Shown here piece after piece: positions 59,201 through 64,000 of a stretch of DNA of 64,000 bases. The stretch comes from Euglena gracilis (lineage: Eukaryota): NCBI GenBank assembly GCA_039621445.1, contig CP154954.1, forward strand, positions 7,017,425-7,081,424, read 5' to 3'. Below the pieces are notes generated by a model that saw only the letters and a program-made list of their open reading frames with translations, was not told the origin of the DNA and did not search any database. Both the position numbers and the translations under genes were made by a program. Numbering within the stretch: the first letter of the stretch is position 1; the number at the start of each line of letters is the position of its first letter.

Positions 59201-62200
59201 TCCAACCCCACCCCCCCCCTTCTCTCAGAGGTTTCCCTGTCCTCTGACTCTCCGAACTGCCGGGGTTGGTCGATGTCACCGCTGCCTTTGGTGCCCTCAC
59301 TGGGTGGCTCCACGTGTTCTTCTTCTTACACAGGGCAGCCCCATCCAACTGTTGTCTGCACCTCTCCCTTGGGTTTGTTTTCACACTGCAGGGACGCCTT
59401 TCTACCCGTTTCTTACGGGTCGAAAATATGTAAATATTTTCCTGGAGACACACACCCCGAAGCACTAATGACACATTTCCCCTAAATATGCAGCATTCAT
59501 GGACGACGTGGGCAGGCATGACCTAATGGACAATTAGAATTTCATCTCCTGTTGCCTCCTGGTGAGTGACACTGCATGACCAAAATTGCGAATTGCGAAG
59601 GCCGCTCTGATCTCACTTGGTTTCCGGTCCACGGGGCCATTCGTCATCATGATCAAGGAAATGCTGCAGTATGAGCTGACCTGTGCAGAGACTGAACTCA
59701 AAGGGAACAAGTGCTGTTTTTTCGGCTTACGAGGAGCTTGTGCCCCCCCCCCCCCCCCGCGCCAAATGCACAACTGCCAGCATCCCCCCCCCTTGTCCAA
59801 CGACCACTAAATATCGCTACTGACCGGGGCGGGGTCGCTATTTTGGCAAAATATTACTACTGACGGAGGGGTGGTTGTTAGACAAGACCGGGGTCAAAAT
59901 CACAAATGTCTGGGAAAAAAGATCACCTGGTAAAAGATTGCTACTGACTGGGGGGGATTGTTGAACAAGGCCGGTCGTTGGACAAAGGGGGGGGGTTGCT
60001 TCGTCCCACCGGCCAATCTGCCACCCCGGGAGTGAGAAAAAAAAAACCCAAAACAACCCCATGCCAAATTCTGCTCCCAATCCTGAAGGGAAGTGTTGTT
60101 GGATGTTGGTTTTGGAGACACAACCGGGGAAGCTTGAGCACTGTTCTCCTTCAGGCCGGTGAAGTGGTAAATCAAATTGACGGAATCGAACCGTTTCGGT
60201 CAATTTCACCGCATCCACTGTAAGGCAGGAGCAAAGTTTCTGCAACCCCCCTTCCCTTGCCCAATGACCAGGCTTGTCCAATAACCACCCCCTCCCTCCG
60301 GTTGCGATGTTGGTTCAATAATTGTGGGAAGAATTGTATGATTGAATTTTGCATTTGCATTTGGTGGTTTCAGAGTTTTTTTCCCTGTATTTTGTTTGGA
60401 TGATTTCGTAAATTTGGCTGAAAATGCCCAAAAATGGCACCAGAAGAGCTTCCTGCGGCAAGGGCGCATGTACGTGCTGCGGGTGTGTTGACCCCGAGTG
60501 AGTGTGTTGTGGTCGCGGTGGGGGCAAATTTAGCGGTGTTTGAATTGAGTCCGAATTCCTTGCAAAGCAACCTCTGTAAAATCGAAGTCTCAGACAGAAA
60601 AACCAATCACTCCAAAAAAATGTTTCCAAATTACCCAGAATAAAAATTGATGCTAGTGTGTGATTGCAACGCATGGCAAAAAAATACGTTGAAAGTTGGC
60701 AAAAAAAGCCAAAAATGGTCACAAGTGACCAAAACTGTCCAAAACTGGCCAAAAATATCCCAACTTTGGTTAATTTTTTGCGGACCTGGGTTCCACCCCC
60801 CTTATCCTACGAACCCCCCCTCCCTGGTTCGGAAAACATTGGCTGTTTTAGCGACCGCCCCCCCCCCCCCCGGTCGGAGACGTGGGGGGGTAACTGGGAT
60901 AACCCCCGGGGTGTGATGGGTGGTGGGTCCGCAATTGGTGCTCGCTGAGCTGTAATTTGTGGACACCGATGATTTTGTGGTGATGATTTTTTGATTTTTT
61001 GTGGTTCTGGATTTTTTGCAATTTTGGTAATTTTTTTGCCACCCCAAATGCAGCCTGTTCCTCCTTGGGCTGCGCTTGGAAGGTGAGTGGGATGGGTGGG
61101 GTTGGAGAGGTCTGCGGCGGGGGCCAGCGGCGGACGTGCGACGGTTCCTCTCCGTCATCGTCGCCCTGCTGCTGGGCTTCACCGTGGCCCTCTACCGGCT
61201 GACAGTCAGCCCGGAGCAGTGTGGCTTGGAGGCCTTCGCCGACCGGCTGTGGCCAGGGTGCCTGGAGGGCATGGATTTGGGACCCTCGCGAGTCCCTGGA
61301 CAAAAGCACAATGCCACAAAAGTCATCCCCGTGTTGAACGTAGGAGTATGCTTGCTGGGTGTTGAAAAATGCTTTTTTCCAGACGTCACGTGTGGGCAGG
61401 TCTTAAAAACGTTCGTGGATGCGCACACAAGTTGCGTACACAAGGCGCACACGACACAAAGGAATTGATAAATTTTGATATTACATACCACATGTAAACA
61501 TCATACATCTGTGTAATTTGGAAGGAATGATCGGCTCAAGCATGTTTTCGGAAAACCCTAAAGATGTTTTTATAAGCATTTTCTCATTTTTAATGACAGA
61601 CATGGGCTCTTTTGTTGCCTGCGGCCTGGATGCGGAATGGCAAACCACGAGCCGATCCTCACTCGCCCGAGGGAATTCCAGGTAACCTTAAGCAGCTGCC
61701 AAAGGCAGCAGTTGTTAACGGTGGATTTTTTCAGCTTGGGTGGGCAAGTCCCTCGTGTCTCACTTCACCTCTCTCCCACGGTCGGCTGTAATTTGAATCC
61801 TAAACCGAGACACATCCTAAAAAAAAGCCGAATTTTTCTGTCCAGTGATTCCGTGGATATTTCAAAAGTGTTGCCTGTGAAATCACCTGGTAATTTTTGG
61901 AACCCATTGACAAAGGTGCTGAAATTAAGACGAAAATTTTTTTACCGATTTTGAAAGTGGTAAAAAATTCTGGATGATGGTTAAATATTTTTCGCAATTG
62001 TCAGCGACGTCCCTCGGCAGCTTCTTTGGATGATGCTTGCTCTGTTGAATTCCAATTGCTCCTTTTATCAACAGATTTTCCCCCCAACTGCAGCGCACAG
62101 CAACAGATATATTTCTGATGACGCACTCTACACTCCACTTTTTTACATTCTGGACAATTCAGCCTTCTTTGCAGAGCTCTTCAACTTTAGTTCTGCAAGT

Positions 62201-62818
62201 TCTGCAAGATGTGTTGTTCGCTGTAATGCTGGGTCAAAAGGGCCATCACCCCACCTCCACGGGGGAGGGACAAGGTCCGGGTCAGGAATAAGAGGGAAGC
62301 AGCACTTATTTACGGGAACCCGTGGAGAAGTTCACCTTTCAAGGCTTTTCATAAACTTGTTTTGAACATGTTTTTCGGAAAACTGTAAACGTCCCCCATT
62401 GTGCAACCTTTTTCTCAGGCCTCCAATCATTCACAGGAACCCGTGATCTGCCAACAGGGCAATATTATTCCAGAATTATTCCAGAACACCCTGGGACTTA
62501 CAAATTTCCCGGAGATTATTTCGGCACAAAAATGAAAGAAATCGACCCAAATGGGGCAGCTTTCTGAGTGGGCAGACAGGCTGGGTCGCGGCTCGCAAGC
62601 ATTGTTCTCCTGTACTTCTCCTGGCAGTCAATCGCCGAATTTTTTTTAGAAGACTGATGGAAACATTTTTGGCCTTTTAATCGCGGTGTGTCGGTCCCTC
62701 CGGCGCCCTGCCAGGGGCAGCTGGTGCTGCTGGGGCTCGTGGGGGACTTCCCATTCCGGGAATACCACGAGCACTTCAGCGGGGGCCGCATGATGCTCAT
62801 CGGGCTGCTCTTTACATT
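47586..62818 (+). CDS. TRPV-like ankyrin-repeat cation channel, paralog 2 (partial; start uncertain, last exons beyond window)
   Basis: Exons: about 47586-47651, 49807-49893, 50255-50346, 50862-51031, 51402-51504, 51957-52011, 52318-52335, 52831-52954, 55226-55272, 55886-55999, 56092-56147, 56935-57076, 57364-57405, 57785-57892, 58576-58654, 59246-59327, 59615-59672, 61133-61250, 62716-62818. Exon lengths match paralog 1 (87, 92, 100+70, 55, 18, 124, 47, 114, 56, 142, 42+108, 79, 82, 58, 78+40, 103; one exon is 6 nt shorter) and the same motifs are present. Confidence 0.88.
47705..47946. mobile_element. hAT-like MITE, family E
   Basis: Ends caggcttctttt...aaaaggatgcctg; TSD cccagggc/cccagggg (7/8); inside a paralog 2 intron. 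Confidence 0.82.
48522..49002. mobile_element. TA-flanked MITE with ggcaattg repeats
   Basis: TA|ctcg-C(n)..ggcaattg ... caattgcc..G(n)cgag|TA, with an internal duplication of the gggcaattgacgccccc block. Confidence 0.7.
49113..49548. mobile_element. Probable TA-flanked MITE
   Basis: taaC(n)aaatataaC(n) at the left end is mirrored by G(n)ttatatttG(n)tttaca at the right end. Confidence 0.6.
53085..53275. repeat. AT-rich / (TA)n low-complexity tract
   Basis: Degenerate TA dinucleotide repeats inside an intron; a similar tract lies at about 22270-22410. Confidence 0.85.
54025..54441. mobile_element. TA-flanked MITE, family C
   Basis: Homologous to 20285-20697; TA flanks. Confidence 0.85.
57406..57784 (+). 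other. Non-conventional intron present only in paralog 2, derived from MITE family B
   Basis: gtc-CAGgccattgcttaag ... ctttagcaatggcCTG-acccg. Removal restores EHP|IAHAAIQALE, colinear with paralog 1 [13 protein letters not shown]. The body resembles 7257-7660 and 35565-36142. Confidence 0.9.
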
Positions 62819-64000
62819 GCCCAGGTCCACCGACAGCCGGATTTCCACAGCAACAGTCCACGGAAAGTTGGCTGCGTAGTGTGGCACGGAGGTGAGTTTC
62901 TTGATATGCTCACCCTACGGGGGAGGTTGGTCTTCAAGGTTTTGCTGACAGGTCACGGGGGGATGGCTGTGCCGTTTGCGGAGTTGCACTCCACAGAGTG
63001 AATTCTGTTTCCACCCCCACCCCAAACAGGGTCCCCAAACAGGGTCTTATTGGGGGTGTCGCTTAAGCCTTATGGTACCCCATCCCCCGGGGGTTGGTCC
63101 AGCCAGCCAGCACCCTATTTCCCAGCCTCAGACCCCCTACCCCATCGACGTTTTATTTTTTCCCCAGCCGCTCAAAGGGCTGCCGGATGGTGATGGTTTT
63201 TTTTTTTGGCTTCCAAAGAGGTGCAAAATGGGCCAAAAAAGCAAAAATGGTCAGAAAAGAGCTGCACGGCAAATTTGGGTGTTTTCTTTCATAATTGACA
63301 GTTTTTTTTGGGGGAGGTAGCATTTCTGCTGTTTCGGTTGTTTTTTTGGTACTTGGTTTGACCCCCAGTCACGCTGACGTTCCAGCTGGAGAACCTGTGG
63401 GTCCATCAGCCTCTCGGCCCCGGTGCTGTGGCCCGAAGAGAGCCATACCTTTTTCCTCCGTCACGGTGGCGTTGGCTGTTCTTAGGGGGCGGTATCAAGC
63501 CAGGTGGGGGTTGGCACAGGTCCCCGGGTGAAGGAGGGGGGACTGCGCTACCTGCGTGAGGGTGGCGCGCACAGAGCATCTAGGTATCTCCTCCACCACT
63601 GTCAACCCGTAGGGCCCGACAGAGGGCCTAGCAAGGAAGATAGCAAAATCTATTTCGAAATTAGTGATGAATTTTTCAACCAGCTTGGGTCATGCTTTGC
63701 ATGCTTTTTGAACTGAGAGAGCTGAGTAACCCACCACCCGAATTTAAGACCCCCCTAAGCGCACTGGGTGGAAATTTTTCCTGGTGTTTCATTTCGTATC
63801 CAAATTTTAGGCGATAATATCGAGATATTTTGAATTTTTGAGACCAAAAAACCTACGAATCTTCACACCGATTTGCACTTTGATGGAATAAAGGATTTTA
63901 ACTGCTCTTGTGAAACCAAAAAAGCATCATGATTCTTTAGGTCAGTTTTAATCATGCAAAAACAAAATCACACCCGCCGAAGTTAGACCCCTGGACGTTT

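Noticed and set aside
1-64000. Autonomous transposase, rRNA/tRNA genes or prokaryotic operons
   Set aside because: No DDE, BED or hATC motifs and no RNA gene signatures were recognised. The many Pro/Gly-rich ORFs derive from poly-C/G repeat tracts.

Overview
This is eukaryotic, intron-rich genomic DNA, most likely from a euglenid (Euglena-like). The evidence is that most introns lack GT-AG ends and instead have base-paired ends of the form exon|NNN-CAG...CTG-NNNNN|exon, and that TTAGGG-like repeats are present. Most ORFs in the track are spurious. The real coding content on the + strand is: (1) part of a chromodomain protein gene (1-3315, possibly further); (2) a complete TRPV-like ankyrin-repeat cation channel gene reconstructed by hand (11108-28854, 24 exons, about 682 aa, 23 introns, none GT-AG); (3) a tandem paralog (about 47586 to beyond 62818, running off the window); and (4) unresolved exon-like segments at 36-47 kb. 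Introns and intergenic DNA are full of nested non-autonomous DNA transposons: several CAG...CTG families with 8-bp target-site duplications (hAT-like) and several TA-flanked families. Key observation: the 3+5 nt offsets of the non-conventional splice sites add up to exactly one 8-bp TSD, so splicing would remove such an insertion seamlessly. One intron present only in paralog 2 (57406-57784) is a recognisable copy of a MITE family found elsewhere in the window, with its degenerate TSD still visible. All gene models are manual and need RNA-seq confirmation.
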